Positions 34,637 through 44,945 of a stretch of DNA of 58,152 nt are shown piece after piece. The notes under the pieces are model-generated. The model was not told the origin of the DNA, did no database searches, and was given only the letters and a program-made list of their open reading frames with translations. The stretch comes from a virus (Duplodnaviria; Caudoviricetes): positions 1 to 58,152 of the IMG/VR virus record IMGVR_UViG_3300042988_001268; one strand, written 5' to 3'. How positions within the stretch are numbered: the stretch's first letter is position 1; each line of letters opens with the position of its first letter. The position numbers and the translations under genes were made by a program.

Positions 34637-35796
34637 CACCACGAATAGACGCGGCAGAGGCCGCCGCCGCCAGCCCCACCGGCGCCAGAATTGTAGCTAT
34701 TTGTGGATCCAGCTCCGCCACCGCCCCCAGCGGCATAGCCGCCATCGCCACCGGCGTAAGATGCGGCTGCCCCTTCGGCAGACCCGCCACCACCTCCGCA
34801 AAATGCCTGACCATCAGCCCCTACGGAAGATGAGCCAGCCGCACCCCCGCCTCCGGAAATTACACCCTGGGAACCACCGGCAGAAGGAACAAGGATCCCA
34901 TTACTGCTATTGATGCTTCCGCCCATACCTCCGCCGGCGCCGGCGTAGGACGACCCCTTGCCTGCGAATGCGACAAGAGATCCGATACCTCCACCCGCGC
35001 CTCCGCCGAATGCAGAATAGTAGCTTGCCGCATCCGATACTCCGGCGGCGCCGCCGCCGAAATGGCCAGGACCACTACTTACAACGGGATTTCCGCTAGA
35101 GAATGTTCCACCGCCGCTACCCCCGGCGATTGAACTTGATGTCGTGCCAGAGGATCCCCCGGATCCGCCATACGCGGTGAGAAACGACCCAAAAGTCGTA
35201 TTACCCCCGGCAGACCCAGCCGCGCCGCTGGTGTTATCCGAAGATACCGCCGCGCCACCACTTCCACCCGCTCCGATCGTCACAGTCTCGGTAGATGAAA
35301 GTTCTGATGCCTTGAATATCTTGAACTTATATCCCCCTCCCCCGCCTCCGGTGCCGCCTATTCTAGCAGAACCAGCAGAAGTCCCCCGACGCCCTGAGCC
35401 ACCGCCGCCCCCAGCACCCCAAATCTCGACCAAGACGAATGTGACATTGTCTGGCTTCGTCCATGTTCCGGAGGAGGTAAATTCCTGCAGGTCGCCCTTT
35501 ACGATGTCACTCTCGAGTGCGGTTATAGCAACCGTCGCGGATCCACTCAGGTTCAACGCGGCGTTGCTGTTCGAAGATCCGATGACACTGCGCGAGAGGG
35601 TTGTTCCGGAAGATGTGTAAGTCCCGGTTCCGACCTCCCATGCCGTACCATCTTCAATCAGGTAGGAGACGACGTCACCATTGCTGACGCCACCGTCGGC
35701 AAATGACTGGAAGCCGCTAGAGGCGGAGCCAAGGGTTATGGTTCCGGTTCCAGTAGTCGCCGTCGCGACCTTCACCCGGTTAGCTAGTTTTACCAT
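34636..35796 (-). CDS. Glycine-rich fibre protein
   Basis: [20 protein letters not shown]; [21 protein letters not shown] glycine-rich domain. Confidence 0.8.
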   Translation of the reverse strand: MVKLANRVKVATATTGTGTITLGSASSGFQSFADGGVSNGDVVSYLIEDGTAWEVGTGTYTSSGTTLSRSVIGSSNSNAALNLSGSATVAITALESDIVKGDLQEFTSSGTWTKPDNVTFVLVEIWGAGGGGGSGRRGTSAGSARIGGTGGGGGGYKFKIFKASELSSTETVTIGAGGSGGAAVSSDNTSGAAGSAGGNTTFGSFLTAYGGSGGSSGTTSSSIAGGSGGGTFSSGNPVVSSGPGHFGGGAAGVSDAASYYSAFGGGAGGGIGSLVAFAGKGSSYAGAGGGMGGSINSSNGILVPSAGGSQGVISGGGGAAGSSSVGADGQAFCGGGGGSAEGAAASYAGGDGGYAAGGGGGAGSTNSYNSGAGGAGGGGLCRVYSW

Positions 35797-36170
35797 TACG
35801 ATGGATCTGCGATCTCGATCTTCCACGTCCCGATGTCGACCGTGCCGCCCGCACCGACCGCCTGGCTCGCCGTGGTCGTGACGTACTGCAGCGCAGTACC
35901 GGAGACATCGAGCAGGGCCGCGTGCGTCACCGTCCCGGTCACGTCCACGGTCACGCCGGTCTTCGCCGCGATCGTCGTCTTGCGTCCGGAGGTGTCGCCA
36001 TTGGCGTGGGTGAAGTCGCTCGACGACATGGTCACGTCGGCCAGCGCATAGGTCGCGTTACCCTCGGTGTAGGTCGTCGGCTGAGAACTGCACACCGTCT
36101 GCCGGGTGCAATTATTCTTGATGATGTCGAGCGCGCCGTCGAGAACCGCGTCTGCTACCAGCTTACCCAT
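35796..36170 (-). CDS. Virion structural protein
   Basis: Thr-rich beta protein, coupled ORF. Confidence 0.65.
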   Translation of the reverse strand: MGKLVADAVLDGALDIIKNNCTRQTVCSSQPTTYTEGNATYALADVTMSSSDFTHANGDTSGRKTTIAAKTGVTVDVTGTVTHAALLDVSGTALQYVTTTASQAVGAGGTVDIGTWKIEIADPS

Positions 36171-36477
36171 TGGTCAGAACCTCCCGACCATCCCAGACGT
36201 AAGCCTGGGCTTCCTCAAGCGAAGTGCCGCGGGCAACCGCAGCGCGATCGGGCATGACGAACTTGCCCTTGTTCGATCCGTCGCCCCAGATGGTGCAGGG
36301 ATCGATGTCGAGCTCGTCGATGCCGATGGTCACGGCAGCATCGCCGTCGTGATCGTCGGCCCAGCCACAAGCCTTGAAATACGGCGCGGCATCCGGGTCT
36401 TCGAACCCGTATGCAACGCCCGGGTGCAGGTCGAGGCGACCATGCTTCACCCGCTGGTTGAACATGATGACGTCCAT
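36163..36477 (-). CDS. Hypothetical protein
   Basis: GAAGGAAGGA SD. Confidence 0.7.
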   Translation of the reverse strand: MDVIMFNQRVKHGRLDLHPGVAYGFEDPDAAPYFKACGWADDHDGDAAVTIGIDELDIDPCTIWGDGSNKGKFVMPDRAAVARGTSLEEAQAYVWDGREVLTNG

Positions 36478-36496
36478 CGTCGGAGTTCCTTCCTTC

Positions 36497-38641
36497 TCAG
36501 TTCTTTCGATTGAGCGCGTTGAACCGCTCGATCATGGTCGCCTTCGGCTTGGCGCTTACTGGGGCCCGTGCCGATCCCGCCTCGGTGGGCAGATCACCTC
36601 CTTCCGGATGGAGTGAGATCGGCTTTGCCCAGACCGGCCGCCGTGCCGGATCCGACCAGATAATTTCCTTGCGGTCAGGCTGAAGCATCAGCCGCCCAGC
36701 CTTGGTGTAGCCGAGCAGGTCGAGCGTTTCGTTCGGCCCATTGCGGACGAACGACCTGTCGATCAGCGGCTCGTTGAAGATTTCCTCGTATGCCTTGTCC
36801 GGCATGTTGGTCGGGAACACGACCTGACCCGGCGAGCCGTCATCAATCGCCAGATCCTCGAGCGTTTCCTCTTTCAGCTTGTGGACGCCGAGCATGGTGA
36901 GCGTCACCACCGGCAGGAGTGGCTTGCCCTCGGAGTCCTTCGAAATCTTGGTCGGCGTAGGCGGCAGCGGTTCAGCCTTCGGGTTGGTCGAACCCTTGAT
37001 GCAGCGCACGCGACGAAAATTTATCCAGCGCTTGCCGTCCATCTGCCGCGCGAACTCGTAAGCCTTCCACGTCACGTTGCCGTCGGAGGCGTCGATCGTC
37101 ATCACCGCTACCGGCAGCGCCCGGCCGGGATCGTCGCGCAGCGGGTAGAGCCGGTCGATCTCCGGCTCGAGCACCGCCCAGTCGTCCTGCACCTTGGCCG
37201 GCGCGATGTCGCGCAGCGTGCCATCGGCGTGCATCCGCTGCCGGATCGTGCGGCGGTCGATCACCGCTGAGCGGCCTTCCGCATCCCATCCTCGGGTGAG
37301 GATGTCGAACTTGTTACCGCCGACGTCGACCGCCTTGGTCAGGTAGAGCACCCAGGGCGGGACCGAACCCATCCGGTAATCGAACGGCGAGACCGGAGCA
37401 TCCGCCAGTTCCTTGGTCCGCTCTTTCAGCGCGCGGGCATCGAGCCCGGTCACGTCGCCGGCGCCTTCGAATGCCTCACCGAATGTTCGGACCAGCACCT
37501 GCTTCAACTTGTCGGTCTTGCCGGTGCGCTCCTTGTGCTCGATCGCGCCTTCCAATTCGCGGGCGAGCTCGCTGAGCGCGACCTGCTTGCTCATCAGGAC
37601 GTGGATCCAGAACCCCCAGGTCCGGTTCTTCTCCGGGTCGCCGGTGATCCCGGCGCGGATGTCGAGACCTTGACCGCGGTGCATGTACGCGCCCCCCTCG
37701 ATCATTTCGGCCCGCTGGTCCTCGTCGAGCACCACCCCGCAATGCGGGCAGGCGATGCCGGCCGACCGTTCCGCGAGGCTCAAGCGGCGATCGACCGGCG
37801 TCGCCTCGGCCGACCGGGTGTAGGTCAGCCGAAACCGAGGTACGTCGGGCCAGTGCTTCGTCGGGTAGGGCGAGCCGTGGCCGCCGCATTCCGGGCACCG
37901 GAAGATGAAAATGCCTTGCGTGGAGAGCGTCCACGCCGCGGCGATGCCTCCGCTCCACCCGATGTCAGGGTGCGCGCAGGCGTAGATCTTGCGGTCGTTG
38001 CCCAGCATTCGCTGGCGCTGGCGACCCTGCTCGAGGAAGTTCGAGCGGTAGTCGCGGTGGTAGCTGTCCGGCTCGTCGAACACGATGTAGGCGGCTTGCC
38101 GGTTCGTGGTCGTCTTGCCCGACATCACCATGAGTTCGATCGTCTGTGAGCCGACCCGCTTCATGGTCTTCTTGTTGTCGCTGGCCTTGGGGCCGATCCG
38201 GGACGCGACCCCGGGGTGATCCTCGAAGATCGGCGTGAACACGCGGTCGCCGTATGACCGGACCTCCTCGGGCCCGGCCAAGTACCACATCACGTCGCCA
38301 GATGGACCGAAGTCGAGGCGCTTGAGCGCATGGTTCTCAGCGACCACCGTGCCGCCAGTTCGCCCCGGCTTGGGGACCACGATCTCGAGGACGTCGGGAT
38401 CGTCGTGGGCCTCCATGATGGGGACCAGGTAAGGCGTCAGGTCGCGGGACCAGTTGGTCTTCGTGCCGTCCGGCTTGCGGATGACCCGGTGCTGTTCCGA
38501 GTAGTCGATGGTCGAGATGAACTCGCGCGGCAGCAGTCGGTCGAGCAGGCTTGCGGCAATATCGGCGGGGCGCTGGCAGAACGAATGGCTTGAGAGCAGT
38601 TGCGCCTGCTCAGCCAGTTCCGCCCTGCTGAATACCCGCAC
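36497..38641 (-). CDS. terL: Terminase large subunit (lambda GpA family)
   Basis: GTG start with GAGGAG; PGRTGGT Walker A, VFDE Walker B, CPEC/CPHC, AVDV, NETLD. Confidence 0.93.
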   Translation of the reverse strand: MRVFSRAELAEQAQLLSSHSFCQRPADIAASLLDRLLPREFISTIDYSEQHRVIRKPDGTKTNWSRDLTPYLVPIMEAHDDPDVLEIVVPKPGRTGGTVVAENHALKRLDFGPSGDVMWYLAGPEEVRSYGDRVFTPIFEDHPGVASRIGPKASDNKKTMKRVGSQTIELMVMSGKTTTNRQAAYIVFDEPDSYHRDYRSNFLEQGRQRQRMLGNDRKIYACAHPDIGWSGGIAAAWTLSTQGIFIFRCPECGGHGSPYPTKHWPDVPRFRLTYTRSAEATPVDRRLSLAERSAGIACPHCGVVLDEDQRAEMIEGGAYMHRGQGLDIRAGITGDPEKNRTWGFWIHVLMSKQVALSELARELEGAIEHKERTGKTDKLKQVLVRTFGEAFEGAGDVTGLDARALKERTKELADAPVSPFDYRMGSVPPWVLYLTKAVDVGGNKFDILTRGWDAEGRSAVIDRRTIRQRMHADGTLRDIAPAKVQDDWAVLEPEIDRLYPLRDDPGRALPVAVMTIDASDGNVTWKAYEFARQMDGKRWINFRRVRCIKGSTNPKAEPLPPTPTKISKDSEGKPLLPVVTLTMLGVHKLKEETLEDLAIDDGSPGQVVFPTNMPDKAYEEIFNEPLIDRSFVRNGPNETLDLLGYTKAGRLMLQPDRKEIIWSDPARRPVWAKPISLHPEGGDLPTEAGSARAPVSAKPKATMIERFNALNRKN

Positions 38642-39263
38642 CCGTCCGATGCTCCTCGATGAACTGTGCCGCCTGGGCGTGAACCGATGTTGCGACCGAC
38701 CGCAGATGCTGGTCGATCGATGCCCGGACATGCGCCGGCAGATTTCCGTTCGGGTCGACCTTCGTCCGCACCCCGAGGATGCCGTCGAGCACCTTCTGAT
38801 TGTACCCGGCCACGAAACTGATCACGTCGTCGGCCGGCACATATTGCCGTTGCCGCTCCGCCGCCGAGACGATCGTCACGGTGAGGTTCACCAGATCCTT
38901 GGTCTCGGCCATGCTCGGCGCCGATTCCTCGGCGGGAAGCTGGACGCCCACCGCCTTGGTGATTGCCCGGCTCTTGCGCGCCTGGCCGGCGAGCCTGGCC
39001 CTGAAGTGGGCGATCAGGAAGGCGACGGTCTTGCGTGGCCGGAAGGTCCACTCGATCCCGTTACCGCCGCGATCAAAAGCGCCGGACTGATCGAATCCTT
39101 CGATTTCATTGCACCAGTCCCGGAGGACATTCCACGTCACCCCAAGGATCTCCGCCATCGGCTTGGAGGCCAACGTCACCTTGGGCCCGAGCTTTGCTGC
39201 ACGGGCTTTGGCGGATTCCAGCTTGCGAAGCCGGGCGTCGAGTGAGGTGGTCTGGCGAGCCAT
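38610..39263 (-). CDS. terS: Terminase small subunit (Nu1-like)
   Basis: HTH MAEILGVTWNVLRDW, overlaps terL start. Confidence 0.75.
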   Translation of the reverse strand: MARQTTSLDARLRKLESAKARAAKLGPKVTLASKPMAEILGVTWNVLRDWCNEIEGFDQSGAFDRGGNGIEWTFRPRKTVAFLIAHFRARLAGQARKSRAITKAVGVQLPAEESAPSMAETKDLVNLTVTIVSAAERQRQYVPADDVISFVAGYNQKVLDGILGVRTKVDPNGNLPAHVRASIDQHLRSVATSVHAQAAQFIEEHRTGAGIQQGGTG

Positions 39264-39358
39264 GAAGTCAGCCGGCTCTCTTAGCCGATCTAGATCCCCG
39301 ATTTCCGGAGAGGGAATAATCGACTGTTCCGATTAAATCTCGCGAATTGCTTTGCATG

Positions 39359-40063
39359 TCAATCCATCCTTTTGGCGATGGCATCGAGATCCAGTTTCAG
39401 CTTCGCGCAAAAGTCGACGATCTGCTGGGCTGCGAAGCGGAAGTTCGGAAGCAGCCGGGAGTTGTCTCGCCGCGCCGCCGTCGCCGCCGCGCGCAGGGAC
39501 AGATCTTTGATCACCACGTTCTCGAAAACGGGCAGGAAGCGCGGATTAACGTGCATCCTGGCCTGCCGGTAGAGTTGCCGTGCCTCAGCCTCCCACTCGT
39601 GCGCCGCCATCGGATGCTGGGCCAATCCGCCACCGCCGCCAACATTCCCGGCGAGGGAAAAGTTGGCCGTCTTGTACCGACCTTCCAGCCCGGATGCGTC
39701 GTGGATAACTCGATACCAGCGACACGCGATCAGTTGGTCGTCGGTGATCTTGCCGTCGAAGCAGAGCTTCACGACCATCGACACGCCGCCGCGCCGATAG
39801 CCGCGCACCGTCTTGACCGTGCCGTCCTCCAGCCTGGGCGTGAAGGTCGACACATTGCCCTTGGCCAGCCATTCCGGCGTAGGCTCGAGCACCGCATCGG
39901 TGATGCTCACCGTCTTGCCGCTGGCCACCTCGATCTCGGCCGCGGCGCGGATGATCTCGGCGGAGTGATAGTCCCTGTCCCTCTGAACCACGTCGCGCAC
40001 CCGGTCACGTTCCTGGCGCTCGAGCCGGCGAATGCGGGTCAGTCGGTCGTCTCGGTCGTGCAT
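39359..40063 (-). CDS. Putative late transcription regulator (DUF6456/Q-like)
   Basis: C-terminal sigma4-like helices; position just upstream of terS. Confidence 0.6.
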   Translation of the reverse strand: MHDRDDRLTRIRRLERQERDRVRDVVQRDRDYHSAEIIRAAAEIEVASGKTVSITDAVLEPTPEWLAKGNVSTFTPRLEDGTVKTVRGYRRGGVSMVVKLCFDGKITDDQLIACRWYRVIHDASGLEGRYKTANFSLAGNVGGGGGLAQHPMAAHEWEAEARQLYRQARMHVNPRFLPVFENVVIKDLSLRAAATAARRDNSRLLPNFRFAAQQIVDFCAKLKLDLDAIAKRMD

Positions 40064-40064
40064 G

Positions 40065-40274
40065 TCAGCCCCTCGGTCCGTAAATCTTCGCTGCGATGAT
40101 CTCGATGTATTCGCGGTCGAGCTTGTCGAGCCGCCTCAGGCTGTCCGGGAACAGGATGATGGTCCCGTCTATGCGCCATTGCCGCGCTGCCATCTTGCGG
40201 TGGCCAGCCGGGTCAGGATCCTGCATCGACTCCGCATAAGGGGTCAGGGAGGTGCGGTGGATCCCGTGGCTCAC
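40065..40274 (-). CDS. Hypothetical protein
   Basis: GTGA coupling. Confidence 0.65.
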   Translation of the reverse strand: MSHGIHRTSLTPYAESMQDPDPAGHRKMAARQWRIDGTIILFPDSLRRLDKLDREYIEIIAAKIYGPRG

Positions 40275-40522
40275 AGCATCGGCTCCCTCTGCTCCATCGG
40301 CATCTCCCGTCCATCCATGTCTGCCTGCCCCTGCCGGTACTGGGCCTTGCGCCGCTCCTGCTCAGCGCCGGACTTCATCCGCAGCCCGTTCTCTCGTTCG
40401 AACTGCTGGGTGTGAACCAGCTTCATGTTGTCCCCAGCAACGACCCACTCGATCTCGCCCGACCGTGTGGTCTGGGCGATCCGATCGTTGTATCGCCGGC
40501 AGAGGTCGTGAAGCTGACTCAC
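40271..40522 (-). CDS. Hypothetical protein
   Basis: GTGA coupling. Confidence 0.65.
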   Translation of the reverse strand: MSQLHDLCRRYNDRIAQTTRSGEIEWVVAGDNMKLVHTQQFERENGLRMKSGAEQERRKAQYRQGQADMDGREMPMEQREPML

Positions 40523-41205
40523 ATCAGCCCCGCTTCGATCAGTTCGGCGACCCGGGCCTTGCAGGCCTCGGGATCATCAGGCCGGCGCGTGTAGCTGCCA
40601 TCGGTCAGCGCCCAGATCAGCCCCATCTCGGCGAACATGCCCTTCCACCGATCGGGCAGCGTGCCGATCTGCTCGTCGCTCATCTCGCCCGATTCGATCG
40701 CAGCCATCGCCTCGTGGAATCGGGCATTCCGCTCCCCGTTCAATTTCGACCGGGCCAATTCCCGAACGGCCTTGAACGGGTGCTCTGGCTGGGTGAACCG
40801 CTTGGCGATCTCCAGGCATTCGGCGACCGTCGGGAACCACTTGCAGGTCGCGATGGCCTCCTCGGCGACGAAGCTGATCGCTTCCCGGGTGAGGTGGCCC
40901 AGCATCCGCCTGTAGGCCCGGGCGAGTAGTTCGCCGCTCGTGTCGTCCTGCGAACGCTTCGGCAGGGCCGCGTCGACCAGCGCGAAGCACTGGTTGAAGT
41001 GACGCTCAGAGCATGGTTGCGGGGCGGGGAGCCGGGAGGAGGCGACCACCTCCAGGCTCGTCATCGTCGCGTCGTCCAGCCGAGCCGGCAGGGCCCTCAT
41101 CCGCTCCAAGCTCCAGTCGTCGCTGCCAAGCCTTTGTGGCTCCATCGCGCCGGTCTGGCCGCCCATTTCCGGCAGTGCCTCCCCAACCTGTCGTGCTTCG
41201 CTCAT
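40519..41205 (-). CDS. Putative helicase loader (lambda P position)
   Basis: CKWFPTVAECLE motif; follows initiator. Confidence 0.6.
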   Translation of the reverse strand: MSEARQVGEALPEMGGQTGAMEPQRLGSDDWSLERMRALPARLDDATMTSLEVVASSRLPAPQPCSERHFNQCFALVDAALPKRSQDDTSGELLARAYRRMLGHLTREAISFVAEEAIATCKWFPTVAECLEIAKRFTQPEHPFKAVRELARSKLNGERNARFHEAMAAIESGEMSDEQIGTLPDRWKGMFAEMGLIWALTDGSYTRRPDDPEACKARVAELIEAGLM

Positions 41206-41875
41206 CTTTCTGAACCCACTCTGCCTTGAACCCGCGCCAGCCGCGCAAAATGCTTTCCGAGATCGCTTGCTCAAGAGTCCACCCGACCCGGTCGGCTTCA
41301 CGCCTGAAGCCAGCGAGAGCAGTCGCCGTCAGATCGGCGTCGATGCGCCGACGGTGGATCAGGAAATCCGACCAGACCTGCTCTGAGACTTCCTCGGGGC
41401 GGTCAGGGACGGGTGCGACCGGCATGGTCTTGCGCTTCCGCTTCGGCTTCCACCCCGCAGCCAGCGCCTCGTTCCGGGCGGTGACGTGAGCATCGAACGG
41501 GATCGCCTCTCGCGCGCCCGAAGAATTATCCGGGTGGGTAGGGGCGGGGGGGTTTGAGTTAATATCTTTGGGGGGGAGGGGAAGGGCGGGGGGAGCCTCA
41601 GCCGTTCCGGTGGAATTCCGCTCGTTCTGCGGAATTCCGCTCGTTTCCGGTGGAATTCCGGTGGAATTATCCTTCGCTTCCTTGGCCCGGCGCTTGCGCT
41701 CACGGTCGTAGGCGCGGCGCTTCTCAGCCGCTTGATCGACTGGTCCCCCTTGCCCAGGTGCCGGGATACACGCGAGAAATTCCGCCTCAATCTCAGCGAT
41801 GGCCGTCACCAGCGCCTCGCCGGTCACGCCCGCGGCGACGAGGTGTTTCAGGGCGGTGGTGATGACGCCGCTCAA
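41006..41875 (-). CDS. Replication initiator (lambda O analogue)
   Basis: TTG start with GGGAGG; internal iterons; WSDFLIHRR...GWRGFKAEW C-domain. Confidence 0.75.
   Translation of the reverse strand: MSGVITTALKHLVAAGVTGEALVTAIAEIEAEFLACIPAPGQGGPVDQAAEKRRAYDRERKRRAKEAKDNSTGIPPETSGIPQNERNSTGTAEAPPALPLPPKDINSNPPAPTHPDNSSGAREAIPFDAHVTARNEALAAGWKPKRKRKTMPVAPVPDRPEEVSEQVWSDFLIHRRRIDADLTATALAGFRREADRVGWTLEQAISESILRGWRGFKAEWVQKDERSTTGWGGTAGNGRPDRRDGATKAWQRRLELGADEGPAGSAGRRDDDEPGGGRLLPAPRPATML
41604..41670. repeat. Iteron-like repeats, probable origin
   Basis: GGAATTCCG three times plus GGAATT; AT-rich patch 41553-41569. Confidence 0.7.
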
Positions 41876-42366
41876 ACCCGATACCTCCCGCACCCGAACT
41901 CATCATGCCGATCGCGCCGGACGCCGCACCTCACGCAAGGATCGCGCTGGGCGTAGTTCGCCGCGGCATCGCGATCAGTCCGCTCCTTTTCGGCCATGCG
42001 GTTCAGAGCCCGCTCGACCTCGAATTCCTTCTTGTTGGCGCGGAGGTTCGGCTTCGGCTTCGGCGGGGACTTGTACCGCTCGGCGCATTCCGCCCGCTGC
42101 TCCGGGGTCATCCGGCGCCAGTGGGGGCGGGGGACCTCGCCGGACGTCCGCTTGCCCGTGGCGATGATGGTGACGATGCGGCTATTCTGACCGCGTTCGA
42201 TGGCGATCAGCCCCTCGCTCTCCATCTGGCTCAAGGCGACCGAGGCGGCGGATGTGCTTTGCCACCCAACCAGGGCGCAAAGGGCGTCGTTGGTCGGGCA
42301 TGGCGCGCACCTTTCGGCCACGTCGATCAAGTGGTTGAGGATCACCTCGCGGGCGGCGCGGCTCAC
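41872..42366 (-). CDS. Winged-helix protein with C-terminal Cys/His cluster
   Basis: CPTNDALCALVG...MESEGLIAIERG; CVRC..H...C. Confidence 0.65.
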   Translation of the reverse strand: MSRAAREVILNHLIDVAERCAPCPTNDALCALVGWQSTSAASVALSQMESEGLIAIERGQNSRIVTIIATGKRTSGEVPRPHWRRMTPEQRAECAERYKSPPKPKPNLRANKKEFEVERALNRMAEKERTDRDAAANYAQRDPCVRCGVRRDRHDEFGCGRYRV

Positions 42367-42674
42367 TGGCTTTCCTCCGTGAGGACGCGCCAGACAGCAT
42401 GTCCGAAAGCTGTCAGGTGGCGGGTGGAATAGTCGACCAATCCGAAAGGTCGCAGCGCCCTGGCAAGGCCCTCATTCGGGAGGGTCCAGCACGAATACCT
42501 TCGCTCAGCGCAGAGCAGCGCCTCGACCATATCGTCGGTCATGCAATAGACGTAGTCGTGTGGATCCGGGAGGATGGCGAGGGTGTCGCGCAGTTCCTTC
42601 TTCAATCCGTACTGGGCGGCATGGAGGGCGGACCGATATTCATCTCGGCTGTTGCGGATGCGCTTTTCGGTCAT
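42363..42674 (-). CDS. Hypothetical protein
   Basis: Coupled at both ends. Confidence 0.65.
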   Translation of the reverse strand: MTEKRIRNSRDEYRSALHAAQYGLKKELRDTLAILPDPHDYVYCMTDDMVEALLCAERRYSCWTLPNEGLARALRPFGLVDYSTRHLTAFGHAVWRVLTEESQ

Positions 42675-43324
42675 GCCGGCACCCCCAGCGCCGGGCGGAG
42701 GACTTCTTCAGCGAGCCATGGGGGCGTAAACTTCTCGCGCAGCAGCCATGATGTCAGGACGCCGAGCGCCGCGGCCTCGTCGTTCTTGCGGCAGGTGAAG
42801 CCCAACTGGTAGGCGCGCTCCTCGATCAGTTCGATCAGCGTCTTACGCTTGGTCCCGCGGGGCTGGCGGCCGATCCAGTCCGACTGCCACGAGTTGCGAT
42901 GGACGCCGATCAGGAGGCGCATGTTGGCGCGGAAGTGGAACAGCTTCACCGCGCCGAGCAGTTCGATCAGGATGTCGTTGCTTGGGTTCGAGGCCCCGCC
43001 GCGCTGCTCAGGGGTGAGGGCGCGCTCGTAGATCACGTTCTCGATCCCGAACACGCGCCGCAGCGTGGTGAGATTGGCGATCAGCTTGTCGTGCGGCTCG
43101 CCCTCGCGTGACCACTCGGTCTTGAGACGCCATGCGCCGTGCGCGACGCTCCATTCGCCATCGCCGAACACGCGCCAGTTCTTGCTCACCCGGCTGATGC
43201 CGAGCACGTCGAGCAGTTGCAGCCAGTCCGGCCGGTTGGTTTCGAGCAGCCGGCGAATGTCTCCGGGGACGATGATCGCCCACCCGGTAGATGACGCCGA
43301 CACGTCGAGGCTCATGGTCTTCAA
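42671..43324 (-). CDS. RuvC-like Holliday junction resolvase
   Basis: LDVSASSTGWA, VIYE, NDEAAALG. Confidence 0.7.
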   Translation of the reverse strand: MKTMSLDVSASSTGWAIIVPGDIRRLLETNRPDWLQLLDVLGISRVSKNWRVFGDGEWSVAHGAWRLKTEWSREGEPHDKLIANLTTLRRVFGIENVIYERALTPEQRGGASNPSNDILIELLGAVKLFHFRANMRLLIGVHRNSWQSDWIGRQPRGTKRKTLIELIEERAYQLGFTCRKNDEAAALGVLTSWLLREKFTPPWLAEEVLRPALGVPA

Positions 43325-43391
43325 GGTAATACCCCTTCCGTCATCGAAGGGCTGGCCGACCGAAATCAACCAGCACTTCGGGACGGAAGGA

Positions 43392-43985
43392 TCAGTGGAA
43401 AGGCTGGGCGAAGCCCTCGCCGATCTTCTTCCCGCGCGACTTGCGGCCAGCCTGCTGGGCGAGCTCGGCTTCGCTGGGTTCGAACGAGCCGTCATCGCCG
43501 TCGCTGCCGTCCTTGGGATCACCGTCAGGCAGCGGACCATCGATGGCAGCGATGACCGCGTTGGCGGCCTCCATCAGGTCGGTCTCATCACCATCTGCGA
43601 GCGGGGCGTCGGCGACCACGCTGAGGTTCGGCCGGGCATAGCCATCATCCTTGGGCTGCTGCGCGAGGTCGACCAGATCGACGTAGTGGTGGCTGAGGAT
43701 TTCGTGGCCGAGGAGTTCGTTCAACTGGCCGACGACCGTGCGGATGAACGCCTCGCGCTTGCCGGCTTCCATCTCGTAGATCTTGAGCGCGACCTGATAG
43801 CCGCCAGGCACCATGTTGAGGTGCTTCTTCACATGCTTCATCGACGTCGAGACGGTCTGCATGTGCTCGCTGGCCTGCGAACGGGCCGGCTTAACGTCCT
43901 CGAAATAGACGCGCTTGCCGCCGGCGAAGTCCATCGCCTTCACTTCTTCGACCACGTCGGTCTGCTTCTTCTTCGGTCGTGCCAC
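43392..43985 (-). CDS. Hypothetical protein, possible GapR-like N-domain with acidic tail
   Basis: GTG with GAGGAGG; helix pattern resembling DUF2312. Confidence 0.5.
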   Translation of the reverse strand: MARPKKKQTDVVEEVKAMDFAGGKRVYFEDVKPARSQASEHMQTVSTSMKHVKKHLNMVPGGYQVALKIYEMEAGKREAFIRTVVGQLNELLGHEILSHHYVDLVDLAQQPKDDGYARPNLSVVADAPLADGDETDLMEAANAVIAAIDGPLPDGDPKDGSDGDDGSFEPSEAELAQQAGRKSRGKKIGEGFAQPFH

Positions 43986-44093
43986 GGTGGGCCTCCTCTT
44001 GGTTGAAAGGGTGGGGGGAGGATTCGCCGGGTGAGGCGTGGAAACTCGCCTCACAGCCAGCCGGCGGCCGAGGACAGGAATCCCATCCTCCCC

Positions 44094-44498
44094 TTACGAG
44101 GCCACTGCCCCGCTGGATTTCAGACTGCGGCGGTTCTCCCGGGCGCCGGCAACGACCTCATCGCGCGGCCGCAGATTCGCCGTGGACAGGGATGCTACCG
44201 TGTTGGCACGGGCTTCCTGCTGGCGACGCCGCTTCTCCTCAGCGGCCTGGCGCCGCTTGATGCCAAGCGCGAGACCGCCGGCGCGGGCCATGGCGGACCG
44301 AGTCTTGGCCCACTTCGCCACTTCGCCTTCAAGTTCCGCAATGCGCTGGGCCCGCTGCTTCAAGAGCGATTCAAGGCCTCGGTTCGCCATCTGCTCGATT
44401 GCGAGTTCTCTCTTGGCATTACGGACCAAGTGAAAGGCTGAAAGGACGGCGATCACTCCACCGCCCGATGCCACTAGCCCGATGGTTTCGATGATCAT
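44094..44498 (-). CDS. Membrane-anchored coiled-coil protein
   Basis: N-terminal TM, GAGGGG SD. Confidence 0.65.
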   Translation of the reverse strand: MIIETIGLVASGGGVIAVLSAFHLVRNAKRELAIEQMANRGLESLLKQRAQRIAELEGEVAKWAKTRSAMARAGGLALGIKRRQAAEEKRRRQQEARANTVASLSTANLRPRDEVVAGARENRRSLKSSGAVAS

Positions 44499-44519
44499 GG
44501 TCGTATCCCCTCGTGATGA

Positions 44520-44945
44520 TCAGTGCGTGGCGCCGAGGCCCGCAGCCTTGGCGGAAAGGTCGGTGTTTTCGCCGGGCCCGATGTCGACTCCGGCCTCGCT
44601 GTGCGGATGGCGTGCATGAGCGTAGCTGAGCGCGAACTCGCCGCACTTGGCCGCCAGGGTGTCGTGGTCGACGCCCTCGGGGACGGCGATGATCATCCGG
44701 CCTGTCGGCAGCAGGAGATCGATCAGGTCATCGGGCAGCACGCCGATCAGCCGATAGAGTGCCGAGATTGGCATCACCGCCGGCTGGCGATCCTGCTCGC
44801 CCGGGAAGTACGAGACCAGCGTCGGGTACGGGATGCCGGAATCAGCCGAAACCACCTTGAGGTGGATGTGCCGACGGTCGAGTTCGCGACGGATCGCCAG
44901 TTGGCGGTCTCGAATGACCGATGTGATCGTATCACCGTGCGACAT
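44520..44945 (-). CDS. CII-like HTH regulator
   Basis: LKVVSADSGIPYPTLVSY HTH; downstream of cro. Confidence 0.6.
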   Translation of the reverse strand: MSHGDTITSVIRDRQLAIRRELDRRHIHLKVVSADSGIPYPTLVSYFPGEQDRQPAVMPISALYRLIGVLPDDLIDLLLPTGRMIIAVPEGVDHDTLAAKCGEFALSYAHARHPHSEAGVDIGPGENTDLSAKAAGLGATH

